Shown in pieces: positions 30,468 through 41,500 of a stretch of 64,000 bases of DNA. This stretch comes from a virus: positions 1-64,000 of IMG/VR virus record IMGVR_UViG_3300035670_010555; one strand, given 5' to 3'. Under the pieces are notes generated by a model that saw only the letters and a list, made by a program, of their open reading frames with translations, made no database searches and had not been told where the DNA came from. How positions within the stretch are numbered: the first letter of the stretch is position 1; every line of letters starts with the position of its first letter. A program made the translations under genes and the position numbers.

Positions 30468-33400
30468 TTATAAAGTGAATGGATTACTTGTTGCGGTAAA
30501 TGTACCAGAGTTGTCAGCATTTTCATAAATGACCGATAAAACAAATCGACCACTAGAATTAACATCTATCACGTTTGTATATTTGGTGTCTGGATTATTT
30601 GTTATAGTTATGTTCAATGGAATAGTTTGTTTTGAAACCTCGGCGACGAAAACTTTAGATATTTTACAAAGTGGACAATTAAATCTATAAGTGATAAATC
30701 CTCCATCAGGTCTTCTAATATTATAATACAATGGTCCTTGGAAACTCGGTAATGTAACATCAGTACTTCTCTGAATGAACGATAATGACCCTTGAGGTTG
30801 CACCCCTGTTTCGGAAGATGGAACTATCATTCGGAACCTAACCGATTTAGTATCATCTTTTGGATTCTTTTCTCTATTTTCAGGTCTAGCACGTAAATAA
30901 ATTGATGTACTAATTTCCAATCTCTTTCCTTTTTCCATGTCAAGTACCTCACTAAACTCAGCATCAATAAACTGTTGTCTAGTAATTGAGAAAGTTTGTC
31001 CATCGGGGGATACAAAACCTAAAAGTTTAGACGATTCCGACGTTTCAATTGAAGTTCGAGTAACCGTATTATTAGGCCCCACTTCAATAAGGTCGATAAT
31101 ATAGCTATATTCTACTTGAGGCTCTATTTTCCATACCCCACCAACATAATCATTTTGGTCCACTTTAACTGTTAAAATTTCAGTACCAAGTTCATTATCA
31201 ATTTTTTCAGAAATAAACATAGGTGGATTTAACATAGTTTCTTGAAGATTGGCACTACCACTTACATTCTCTTGTTCAGAAACTGAAATAACTTCTGTAG
31301 TCTTAGTATCCTCGTAACCTCCAGGCGATGATGTTGTGGTATTCTGTAGTGCCGGATTAAATGTAAAATCCACTAAACTTTCAATATCACCATTTTCAGT
31401 TTTAACTGTTATTCTTCCTGTCGCGACAGTTTGTCCCTCAGGTATTTGAATTTCAGGTAAAATAAACCTTAATGTTTCAGAATTAAATACTGTAATATCC
31501 TTCAACTCAACAACTTTGTCAATTACTTGAATTGATTCAACTGACTCAAAATTTCTTCCATTAACTTGAACAATAGTACCCGTAAATCCGGCAGAAGGTG
31601 AGAATGTAGATAAAACTGGTGGTGGACAAGTTTGACCGATAGTTGGAGTTACAGTTGGTGTTTGCTCTTGGTTCCCGTCTTTCTCGTTATTTTCAATGTT
31701 TTCAAGTATTTCGTTCTTTGTCTTCAATCCAGATTCCGCAGCTGAAGTTAGAGCCTTATCAAATGTTTGTTTAGTCTGTAAAAATTCGTCTTTATTTTCA
31801 TCATAGTATTCTTCGGAAATGTTATCCACAGGCCAATGACAAACATAATATTTTGTTAATCCTAACAGTACTATTCTATCAAGATTGCTTCGGAGTCTCC
31901 CAGCCATAAATTGGATATATTTGTCTAATGACTCAAAATGAGCAATTGGCTCTGAAGAAGAGTTTCCCGGATTAGTTCTAATGTTAATACAACTATATCT
32001 TTTTTCTAAAAGTGAAACTTGTCCAAACCAATCTTGACTCAGTGATAATGTTGCAAAATTATTGTTCCATCCGTTGAACATTCCAGCACCTGTATTAGAA
32101 GCTTCTTGATAAGTTCTGATGTAAGAAATAGTATATATCGCAACTTGTAAATCAACGTTATTAGGAATTAACCTTTTCAACGCCTCAGCAAAAACTTGTG
32201 GAGTCATTTCAGTCAATGTCGCATCAACCGCTTCATATCCACCATTAGTGTATACAGGTGCAGTTATTTTTGAACTACAAGAATTTGTAGTGTCTTTTGT
32301 GTTATCCGCCTGTTGTACAACTTGAGTTGATTTAACATTATTAGTTGTTGCATTAATTTTTACTTGGTCCTTATTTATCTTCAGTATCTCTTCTAACTTT
32401 GTAATCAAATTTTGATTAATACTTTGTAGGAAACTATCTATAGTCGGTAAATCGAAATAACCTTGTCTTGTTCCATCAAATGTAGTTTGAAAGGACCCTT
32501 GTTGAATCGAGTGATTTACCTCAGTAATCAAGTATGGTCCATCAAACATGGGAACATGCCGTAAATTAAAATACATTGTAGGTTGTATTAACGCATTTCC
32601 CAAACTTGTTATCGAACATTTATATGACCTATTTTTGTATAAGTTATATAAACTATTATTTTGTGTTGCTATCTGTCTTCCTGAAGCTTGATTTGCCATG
32701 TCAAGTTGGACATTTATCGATTCAGATGTTGCAACCCCATTATCTTGTGAAACTGTCATGGAATAAAAAATGTTCTGATTTCTAATTCCAACATCGACAT
32801 TGAAACCAACGCACTTGTTTGAAAGAGCCCAATCCTTTTTTCCTTGTTGGTCTTCTAACAATGGATTACCAGAAGCTCTTCTCATTTCAAAAGCATCATC
32901 TCGATACTTAAAATCTCCTTTAGGTAATTTCAAATATTGTGAAGGTTTTCCAGCATAGAAGCAAACCATCTTTGGTCCCGAATTTCTATAGTCAACATCC
33001 AAAAATGTTCCCCATAAATTATTTGCAAATTGTTCGGGTCTATCAAGTCTTGGAGTCGCCGTCACATCAACATCTTGGATATTGTAAAAATTCACATATG
33101 CTGGAAGTGGCATCACAACAAAATTATTTTTAATCAAAATACCACTTATAAAAGTGAAAACACTCATTGCTTGATTAAGAGAAAAATCTCCAGGAGTTTT
33201 ACCTCCAACACCAAACATGTATTTCAAATCAAAAATATCGAGTAATATACTATCTCCAATATTTCTTGATGCTCTATCCAAAAACAACATATCTTCAAAT
33301 AGAGTTTTGGTTTTCCAATCCCCACCAGAAATCCACTTGTCATTCAACGCTTTGAAAACTTCATAATTTTCAACCTTACTTTGGTCTCCAGTAATGACAC

Positions 33401-36400
33401 TATTAATTGCACGTTCAGGTAATTGTACTTGATCTGGTAAATCTTTTCTCAGTCGGCTTAAAACTCCATTCAAAAAGTTGTTTTGTATCAGTGTTTCTCT
33501 CTCAAGATATTGATTTAGTTGATTTTGAAATTGTATTGCATTTAGATTTGGATTATTTAATTTCTGAGTAGCGTACATTTTAATAATCGGAGCCAACAAT
33601 GTAACATTCTCACTAGTAAATGCTATATTGTTATCGATAAAAAAATCTGTAATATATGACCCTATTGAACTATATCTTACATTAGGGATTGTTGAGAACC
33701 CTACTTCTGTTTCCAAAGCCGTCCAAGCCTGTCTATTATTAATTTGAGATTGACTTAATAATAAATTACCACCGGCACTCGGAAGAGAATTAGGTACGTA
33801 AGGTTCAAAAGTAATTGGGTCTACAACTTCCTGAGTATTATTATGAGATAAGTAAGAATCAAAAATTCTCCTTTCATAGTTGGAAGGATTACCATATTTG
33901 AATATGACATCATATTCCATAAATGATTTAATACCATTTTGAAATAATGAATATTGATTATTAATTACATTGTTAAAATATAATTCATCAGTTTCTGTTT
34001 GTGTTTTAGCAGGAACCACCATTAAACTTCTGAATAATGATTGGAAGTTTTTGAAAGTTGCATTTGGGTCAACGGGAGATTGTCCAAAAGTAACAATATT
34101 CCTTCCAGTTGAAGCATTACCAATCGGTTTACAAAAATTCAAAAATTCAGTTTCAAATGAATCTAAAATTTTCTTTTCGAAAACAGAAAACACTTCTTCT
34201 ATTTTTGTATAGTTGTCTTGTGTTAGAAAATACAATGGTGTTTGGCTGTTGCCAGTCGTGATTAAAGTTAAATAGGAATCTGGTTCAGGGAATGCCAACT
34301 GATTACTATCGAAATATCCAAAATTAGGTGCCGACCATAAACATCTTACCGACCCATTGTACATGTTTGGATTGTTAGTTAAATCCACAACAGTTGCTGG
34401 AGATGTTGTTTGTGCACTAAAACAAGAATCAACTGTTTGATTGAATTGTGTCCCAAACGACGGAATTACAAAATAATCATCACCTACAGTATTATCTTTA
34501 GGGTTACAATCAACTGGAGGTCTGATAGTTATATTTGGTAATAAAATTGACCATGTAGTCAATCTTAAATTTTTATCCCCTTGTTTAGCACTATTTATGT
34601 TTGATGAACTGAAATTATATAATTTCATACCAGAATTAACACTCTGTTGGATTTCCTCACTTGTATAATTTTCATACAAATCATATCCGTTTAGAAAAAC
34701 GTTGAAGTCATTAATAACTTTAGGATAAAACCCGACTTGCATCTGAATTTGATTTTCCTCTTCGTTTTGAAGTGTTATTTTTGTATCTACGTTTGAATAC
34801 TTGAATTCATACGTTTCAGTTACAGCACTTGTAACAGGATAGTAATTACCCGCGTAATCAAAGTTTTTCCAAGCACTTTCTAATATATCAACATTCGACT
34901 CTTTATATTTTTTATACCTGTGCCAAATCGAACCATATTTTAGAATCCAAGCATATGGTAACTTATGGATTGCACCAAATTTTTTGAATGTTGATGAAAT
35001 GTAATCCAAATCAGTTGTAATATTGTTAGAAACAGATTTGTATTTTTCTCTCAATGTTGCCAAAGGTAATGAATTCAAGAACATATATGCCGCTTGGACA
35101 TATGGATAGGTGATTCCTGACAACCTAGAATTATAAACTCCGTTTTGTACAGCATTTATAAAGTAAGGCGTATTCAACATTGAAGTGGTACTTCTTGGAC
35201 TGAACGCCCTTGTCGGAGTAGTCCCGTTGATATACCCTTCAGTCGCAACAAAATCCTGAGGGTTTCTATTCAAGTAAAACGCATTGAGTCCAAGTGGTCC
35301 ATAGGTCGTATATGTAGAAAGTCCAGTCGTATCAATAGTTTCAGTTGGATTTTGATTTAATATGTATGAAAAATTTGTTACAGGTCTATTCGTTGTGTAG
35401 TTATACACGTCACTAAAGTTTGCAATAATTCTTCTTTGCTCGAAAATAGTTAAAGACTTGTTTGTATTATAAACTTGATTGGACAAGGCGCTATTTCCTT
35501 GATTCAAATTGTTAAGGCACCAAGTTTGGTCTGTGTAGGGTAAAGTATCAACAATTAAAGGGTCATTTGGGGCATTGACTACTAAAGATCTTAATGCCTC
35601 TGATTTTGTTGCGGTCTGAGGTATTTTACCTAAATCCAAAGTACTAAGAATTGAAAAAGAGTTTTCAGTTATTCTCTTAATATAGGGGGTAACAAAAAAA
35701 TCTCTAATAAAATCTTGATAAGCTCTACCTGTTCCTGAGTTTGATATTGTCCTCAAAAATTCAGGATAGTCTTGAGCGTTCAGATTAAAGTTTTTAAGTT
35801 TTAATGTCAAGTAGGGAGAACTTATTCCAAGTTTTGAAATAATATTATTTGCTTCCGCCTCAATGTTTAACGTAATTAATTCATTAAGTTGATTTGAGTT
35901 ACCTCTTATGAATCCAGAATAATGAGAAGTTAAAAATTGTCTTTCCCATATTTCATAAAAAAACTTTATTTCTTCTTTGTTTGAGTATGCCAATCCCACC
36001 GATGGGAATTCAATCGCATTAATGTTAATGATATTAGTATCCCGTTCATTATCTAACGGTGGAGGGGAATTAGGATTTTGAAACTTTTGAGTCAATCCTT
36101 TCATATATTCCTCAACAAATTCAACTTCAGGCCATTTGTCGAAAAGGTATCCTTGAGTCAAATCAACAACAGAAGGGTCGGCAATGTATTTTAATTGAAA
36201 TTTGTTTTTTTCATCTTGAGTTTCAACAAAAAATTGTGGCCATGGATATACTGGTATCTCAGCTAACTTTAATCCAGTTTCTTCTTCGAATGCGTTTGAT
36301 GCTAATTTCAAATCATCTTGAGAGTCCGAACTTGGAGCTGAGGCTAGGTCATTCAAAATTGCCCGTTTTCTTACGGGGTCATATTTTACGTCCCAAGCGT

Positions 36401-38195
36401 TTGTATGAACATCATCCAAAAGACGGATGAAACCTTCTGCAGATGCCATAATAACCGCAAGCATATTTCTTACTGTAGGTTTGAACCCGATACCCGTCGC
36501 AGTATCCTCAACTTTTCTTAAAAGAGCGGTAGAAATTTGACTTTCGTAATCAGATAGTTTTTTGTTGGCTTGAGTTTCAAGTAATGCGATTTCTTTATCA
36601 AATCTTCCTTCATCTTCGAACACAAACCATTTTTCTTTTACCAAGGTACCTTTAGCTAAAAGTTCTAAGGTTTCAATAATTCCAGTTGGATTTTTTGGTA
36701 ACTCAATCGAAGTAGGAACAAAAAACTTTGTCAAATTAATCTTCGTTTGAGTTATATTTTCAACACTTGGGGTTACAATTCCAGTCTGAATTCTAGTAGT
36801 TTCTTCCCAATTTATTTCTGAAAAAACTGGAGCGGTAGCTTCAATCATATCATACTTTACAGGATTTGGAATCGGTGACGCTCCCTTGGACCCCAATGTC
36901 GGATTACTCGCTAGGGCCTCATTAAATTTCACAATATCACCCTGTAATTGAGTAATCGCAGTTTCTTTAGCTTCTCTTGATAGGTCTTTGAATACATATA
37001 ATTTTTGGCCTGTTTTGAGGACTATTGGATTAGTGTTTAGATTAATATTAAACCAAGATGTATTTGACCCTCTTATTGTTGTAAAATATTGTGTGAGAAC
37101 TGACTTATAATTTCTTATATTCGTTAAGGATTCAACTTCTGTTTTATCAAACGAGTCCGCGATTAGTGTTTCAAAATTTTCTAACTTATTCATAAGTTGA
37201 ACTAATGTCAACTCAGGAAAGTCAGGAGCAATTAATCCTTTAGCTTTGTATTCACTATAAACTTCTAATATTTTTTGATATCCCTTTTCAGCAACAAGTT
37301 GAGTAACAACCGCCTCATTAGAACCTAAATTATTAGCACCTCTTTCGGCTTGAGTACTTGCTTGGGACTCAGCCGCTTTATTAGGCTGTTGTGGACCATC
37401 TACTGTTTGAGTTACATCAAACCTTTGACTATACATGTGAGGAGCCGCCAATAGGTGACCCATGGAAACTTCATTTAAGATATTAAACTTGTATCCTACA
37501 AAAACCAATCTGACCTGATAGTTTCCACTAAACCCATTAAATGACGCATGGAAAGTTTTTAAGTTAAGTTGGTATCTAATCGCTTGTCCATAATACCCTT
37601 TTAATGTCAGATAGAATTGTGGGTAAGGTAAGTTAAAAAATGCCGAATAAGGTGAATTATTTCCTAATTGAAATAATCCTTTACCTTGGACATCTTCCAA
37701 TAACATTTCTACAGTAGGAATGAAGCTAGATGATGTTTTTATATTAATTGACGTAATTCCTAACAATCCGTTGTCGATTATATCTTTCTGATTAACAACA
37801 GTGTCAAGTATATAAGGGTCACTATTATCTGTTGCAGATTGTGATATCGCGGCTTTTTGATTTTCTCCTTTGAATTGTGTTGTATTTTCTCCAGTCAACT
37901 CATCATAATAACCTGTTCCAAGATATGAATTTTTACTAGGTTTCAGGAAATTCATTTTTGCAACAGAGATAGTCTTAACTCTATCATTAGGACTTCCTCC
38001 TACCGATAATTTTGTTCTTTTTAGAACATCGGCCTCCAAATTTGCATACATGACAAGATTTTCATGGTCAACAAGTCTTTCACTAATATTTCCAAAATCA
38101 TCTGTAGTTTTGTTAGGGTCGACTACAATAATATTGTTTTCGTCCAACTCAACTAAAATATTTCCACTTGTGTCCGCTTGTATGTTACCTGCCAT
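30468..38195 (-). CDS. Giant baseplate hub protein (gp27/VgrG-like), with a possible muramidase-like domain and an IPT/TIG domain
   Basis: SYKCSITSLGNALIQPTMYFNL..VPMFDGPYLITEVNHSI...FQTTFDG hub motif; PPVLSTFSPSAGFTGTIVQVNGRNF IPT/TIG motif; follows a gp53-like gene. Confidence 0.7.
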   Translation of the reverse strand: MAGNIQADTSGNILVELDENNIIVVDPNKTTDDFGNISERLVDHENLVMYANLEADVLKRTKLSVGGSPNDRVKTISVAKMNFLKPSKNSYLGTGYYDELTGENTTQFKGENQKAAISQSATDNSDPYILDTVVNQKDIIDNGLLGITSINIKTSSSFIPTVEMLLEDVQGKGLFQLGNNSPYSAFFNLPYPQFYLTLKGYYGQAIRYQLNLKTFHASFNGFSGNYQVRLVFVGYKFNILNEVSMGHLLAAPHMYSQRFDVTQTVDGPQQPNKAAESQASTQAERGANNLGSNEAVVTQLVAEKGYQKILEVYSEYKAKGLIAPDFPELTLVQLMNKLENFETLIADSFDKTEVESLTNIRNYKSVLTQYFTTIRGSNTSWFNINLNTNPIVLKTGQKLYVFKDLSREAKETAITQLQGDIVKFNEALASNPTLGSKGASPIPNPVKYDMIEATAPVFSEINWEETTRIQTGIVTPSVENITQTKINLTKFFVPTSIELPKNPTGIIETLELLAKGTLVKEKWFVFEDEGRFDKEIALLETQANKKLSDYESQISTALLRKVEDTATGIGFKPTVRNMLAVIMASAEGFIRLLDDVHTNAWDVKYDPVRKRAILNDLASAPSSDSQDDLKLASNAFEEETGLKLAEIPVYPWPQFFVETQDEKNKFQLKYIADPSVVDLTQGYLFDKWPEVEFVEEYMKGLTQKFQNPNSPPPLDNERDTNIININAIEFPSVGLAYSNKEEIKFFYEIWERQFLTSHYSGFIRGNSNQLNELITLNIEAEANNIISKLGISSPYLTLKLKNFNLNAQDYPEFLRTISNSGTGRAYQDFIRDFFVTPYIKRITENSFSILSTLDLGKIPQTATKSEALRSLVVNAPNDPLIVDTLPYTDQTWCLNNLNQGNSALSNQVYNTNKSLTIFEQRRIIANFSDVYNYTTNRPVTNFSYILNQNPTETIDTTGLSTYTTYGPLGLNAFYLNRNPQDFVATEGYINGTTPTRAFSPRSTTSMLNTPYFINAVQNGVYNSRLSGITYPYVQAAYMFLNSLPLATLREKYKSVSNNITTDLDYISSTFKKFGAIHKLPYAWILKYGSIWHRYKKYKESNVDILESAWKNFDYAGNYYPVTSAVTETYEFKYSNVDTKITLQNEEENQIQMQVGFYPKVINDFNVFLNGYDLYENYTSEEIQQSVNSGMKLYNFSSSNINSAKQGDKNLRLTTWSILLPNITIRPPVDCNPKDNTVGDDYFVIPSFGTQFNQTVDSCFSAQTTSPATVVDLTNNPNMYNGSVRCLWSAPNFGYFDSNQLAFPEPDSYLTLITTGNSQTPLYFLTQDNYTKIEEVFSVFEKKILDSFETEFLNFCKPIGNASTGRNIVTFGQSPVDPNATFKNFQSLFRSLMVVPAKTQTETDELYFNNVINNQYSLFQNGIKSFMEYDVIFKYGNPSNYERRIFDSYLSHNNTQEVVDPITFEPYVPNSLPSAGGNLLLSQSQINNRQAWTALETEVGFSTIPNVRYSSIGSYITDFFIDNNIAFTSENVTLLAPIIKMYATQKLNNPNLNAIQFQNQLNQYLERETLIQNNFLNGVLSRLRKDLPDQVQLPERAINSVITGDQSKVENYEVFKALNDKWISGGDWKTKTLFEDMLFLDRASRNIGDSILLDIFDLKYMFGVGGKTPGDFSLNQAMSVFTFISGILIKNNFVVMPLPAYVNFYNIQDVDVTATPRLDRPEQFANNLWGTFLDVDYRNSGPKMVCFYAGKPSQYLKLPKGDFKYRDDAFEMRRASGNPLLEDQQGKKDWALSNKCVGFNVDVGIRNQNIFYSMTVSQDNGVATSESINVQLDMANQASGRQIATQNNSLYNLYKNRSYKCSITSLGNALIQPTMYFNLRHVPMFDGPYLITEVNHSIQQGSFQTTFDGTRQGYFDLPTIDSFLQSINQNLITKLEEILKINKDQVKINATTNNVKSTQVVQQADNTKDTTNSCSSKITAPVYTNGGYEAVDATLTEMTPQVFAEALKRLIPNNVDLQVAIYTISYIRTYQEASNTGAGMFNGWNNNFATLSLSQDWFGQVSLLEKRYSCINIRTNPGNSSSEPIAHFESLDKYIQFMAGRLRSNLDRIVLLGLTKYYVCHWPVDNISEEYYDENKDEFLQTKQTFDKALTSAAESGLKTKNEILENIENNEKDGNQEQTPTVTPTIGQTCPPPVLSTFSPSAGFTGTIVQVNGRNFESVESIQVIDKVVELKDITVFNSETLRFILPEIQIPEGQTVATGRITVKTENGDIESLVDFTFNPALQNTTTSSPGGYEDTKTTEVISVSEQENVSGSANLQETMLNPPMFISEKIDNELGTEILTVKVDQNDYVGGVWKIEPQVEYSYIIDLIEVGPNNTVTRTSIETSESSKLLGFVSPDGQTFSITRQQFIDAEFSEVLDMEKGKRLEISTSIYLRARPENREKNPKDDTKSVRFRMIVPSSETGVQPQGSLSFIQRSTDVTLPSFQGPLYYNIRRPDGGFITYRFNCPLCKISKVFVAEVSKQTIPLNITITNNPDTKYTNVIDVNSSGRFVLSVIYENADNSGTFTATSNPFTL

Positions 38196-38508
38196 AATAA
38201 TAAAAATGATTTTCTAATGCTGCCTTATAGTCCTGTAAAGATGGTAATAACGGAAATGGGATAATCAATACCGCTCCGTCATAAATATTATTTTCAAGAC
38301 CTCCAAATTGCGGATTCGCCTGAAGAATTAGCCAGCTGAATACAGGTGAATTATAAAATTCTTGTGAAACTTTATCTAGTCTACTTTTAGCGACTTTATA
38401 GATAAATGCCTTATCTGTCGGTTTTTGAGGCAGGTATACAAAGGGTACAACTGTTTGTTCCCCATTAATAAGAAAATCACTATATCTATTCCAATATTGA
38501 TATGCCAT
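38185..38508 (-). CDS. Baseplate LysM-like protein (T4 gp53 / P2 gpX-like)
   Basis: RLDKVSQEFYNSPVFSWLILQANP...GAVLIIP. Confidence 0.8.
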   Translation of the reverse strand: MAYQYWNRYSDFLINGEQTVVPFVYLPQKPTDKAFIYKVAKSRLDKVSQEFYNSPVFSWLILQANPQFGGLENNIYDGAVLIIPFPLLPSLQDYKAALENHFYYYGR

Positions 38509-41500
38509 TAGTTAAGTTTTGATTTAGATATATATGCACCTGTAGTGTTTCCATTTGTATCATTCCAAGTTAATACATTTGTATTTTGATTTGTTGTATT
38601 TGCCAAACCTTTTATCATATTTTCTTGAGATGTTTTTTGTCCACTATCCGCAGAATTCTCTGTTGTAAAGGTCAAATTTCTTTGTTTGGTAGTGTCGAAT
38701 GGTGTATAAATTAAATAATCTTTCAAGTCATTTTTTTCCAAATTTTCTATGAATGATTTCGTAATATTATTTTCTTCTAAGAAAATAGGTCTAGCGGTTG
38801 CTATCCAATATGTATCAAATATTACTTCAATGTCAACAGATCCATCACCAAGTAATGCTTGGTTACCGAGAACATTTCCAATAAGTTCTTGTTTGAATAC
38901 CTCATATTTTTGCGCGTCGATTACATCATCAGAAATAGTCATATATACTCTTCTTTCAGCATTATTTCCTAAAAGAGGATTTGTACTGAATGGTAGGAAA
39001 ACTTGTTCGACTGTGACAGCATTTGATTTTCCGTTTACAGTTTCAAACACTAATGTCCCTTCATATGTGGTATTAGTCGCAGGATAAACAAATGGTCTTT
39101 TACCTTGAATAATAGTATTAAATGCTGCTATGTCTTGTTGTATTTTAACCGTGTCTTCAACTAATTCCAAATATGTGTCTGGACTTTCCGAAGTTGGGTG
39201 TATGTCTGTGGTTCCAGATGTTACATATATTCTTACAGGTCCGTTTTTAGCCTGAAGTCCATCAGTACCAGTGTTAGAATCAGTTGGGTCAAATAATATT
39301 GTATTCAATCTACCAAGAGTTTGTAGATATGTCTGTTCTTCATTTACCAAACTCTGTGTAATTGTTGATATCCCATTCTGAAATGAACTTCTTTTCCTTG
39401 ACACAAAATTTCGATAATTTTCTTTCAGTGCTCTGATTAACTTAGGCGATAAATTTTTCGATGGTTCAGAAATAAATTTAATAAATCCTTCTGTACCATT
39501 TTTTATATTTTCATCAAGTTGTACAAATATTTCATCAAATCTTTTCTCCACATTATTAGGTTTACCAAACAATACTACTGTATCAGCGGATACATTGAAA
39601 TTACCTTGAGTGTAATTTCTTTCTATCATCCATTGTTGTCTTACTGCATTGTTATATTGATTTACAGTTTCTTTGGTTTTATTGACAACATTTGTAAAAT
39701 ATGTTTGAGTATCAGTAACAACCTTACCCATAAATGCACTATAACTTATAACACCCGTCGTGATTCCACTTACATCTATTAAGGAACTAACTATCGTACC
39801 AATAGTATTATTATTATCTTGTCCATTGTTTGGAGCGGCACTGTTGACACCAGGTATTGGAGGAGGAACTTGACCCGCTAAAAATATTTGGTCTAATATT
39901 CTTGAAGACTCAATATCTGTTGAGTCCGCCCTTTCATCATAGATTTCAGTGTTAGCATAGTAATTGAATGTTAGTGCATTTTGTAACTTGTCAACCGATT
40001 CCTTCAATCCACTACCTCCAACAAAGTTAAATGATAATGTGACGTTTGCAATCATTGGTTGAACACCAATTCCTTCAGGATTAATATCTAACCCTTCATA
40101 GTTAATTGCTAACGATGTAGGAATAATCTTCGTATTATAAAAATCGCCTACTCTCAATACCAATACTGGAGGTGCTCCAAATGATGTGTTTGTAGCATTA
40201 TTATACTGTAGTTCTTGCTTACCACCTGGTGTGGATTGTTTAACTGTTGGTATTGTATCACCAGGTCTCATACACTGTTGTAAAAACGTCAACCTTGAAT
40301 TTAATCCTTCAGGTGTCATTGAATGGAATGATGGTTGAAAGAACTTTAATTTGTCTTTCAAGTTATCATAAACCATCGGCGTTTCAGATTTGATAGTTTC
40401 AAAATAATCGCACTCGGACAATAAAGCTCTAACGACTTTTTTTGTAATATTATCTCTTGGTTCCCATCTTGGTTCAATGACTGGTTCAGGTACAGTCTGA
40501 GTGACAACATTTCCAATCAACACTGGAATTGTACCTGAACTTGTAGTCGGATTTGTCTGTCCTCCTGGTGTTCCTTCACCATTAGGCCCTGTCTGTGGAG
40601 CTTTTAAGTTTGGAACTATCTTTGAAATAAATGACCTTCTACAAGCCATTGCTCCTACTGTAAAGATTTCTTTCGCACCAACCAAAGTATCCCCTCCTTG
40701 AACAGTAGTATCACTACATCCAAATGTTTTCCCGTTTGGTTCCAAAGAATCGATATATGGTCCTTTAGTCAAATTACTTTTCTTTGGATTAGATATCGCA
40801 ACCTCTCCGAGAGCTCCAGCTCGTCCACCCCCACTTCCAGTATCTTCTTTAACAATTAATCTAACAGGATTTGGTTCCATGTATTTTTTTGTTGCATCGT
40901 TTTCCACAAAAAATTTGACTGTTGCCGCTATTCTACGTTTTGATAACTCAAGATTATATGATTCAGTTGCAGGTGCTGAACAACTTGAACTAATGTATAC
41001 TGTTACAGTCCCTTCGTTAGTTTCTAATTGTTTTCCCAAATCTATCGCAAACTCATCCATTGCCTTATAATTTGGAGTAACAACTGTATCGAAAAAACTT
41101 TTGGTTTCTGTAGCATTTGATTTTTTGGAATACTGCTCATTAACTTCTGTAGTATATCTTGCGTATTCAGTTGTATAATTTATAGTTGTGTTCGGTTTTG
41201 GAAAATCGTTTCCAAAATAAAATCCTAGTTGTAGATATTTGTCGAAGTTTAAGTTTGTATTACCACCTCCTCCTTCTTGAGCAAGTGGTTGATCTCCTCC
41301 ATTAGGTGAAAAAGCTCCTGATTCTATGGTTCCACGAGTATATACAATTTGTTCTCGCGTCATTTCCTTTGAAGAAATTGCCTGTTGTAATTCGAACAAA
41401 TCATTTGGATTTACTGTTACATATTTTTTTGCCAACTCATAGATATCATATTTTCTACATCCAGCAAAAAATGATTCTAAAATACTATCAATACGAGTCT

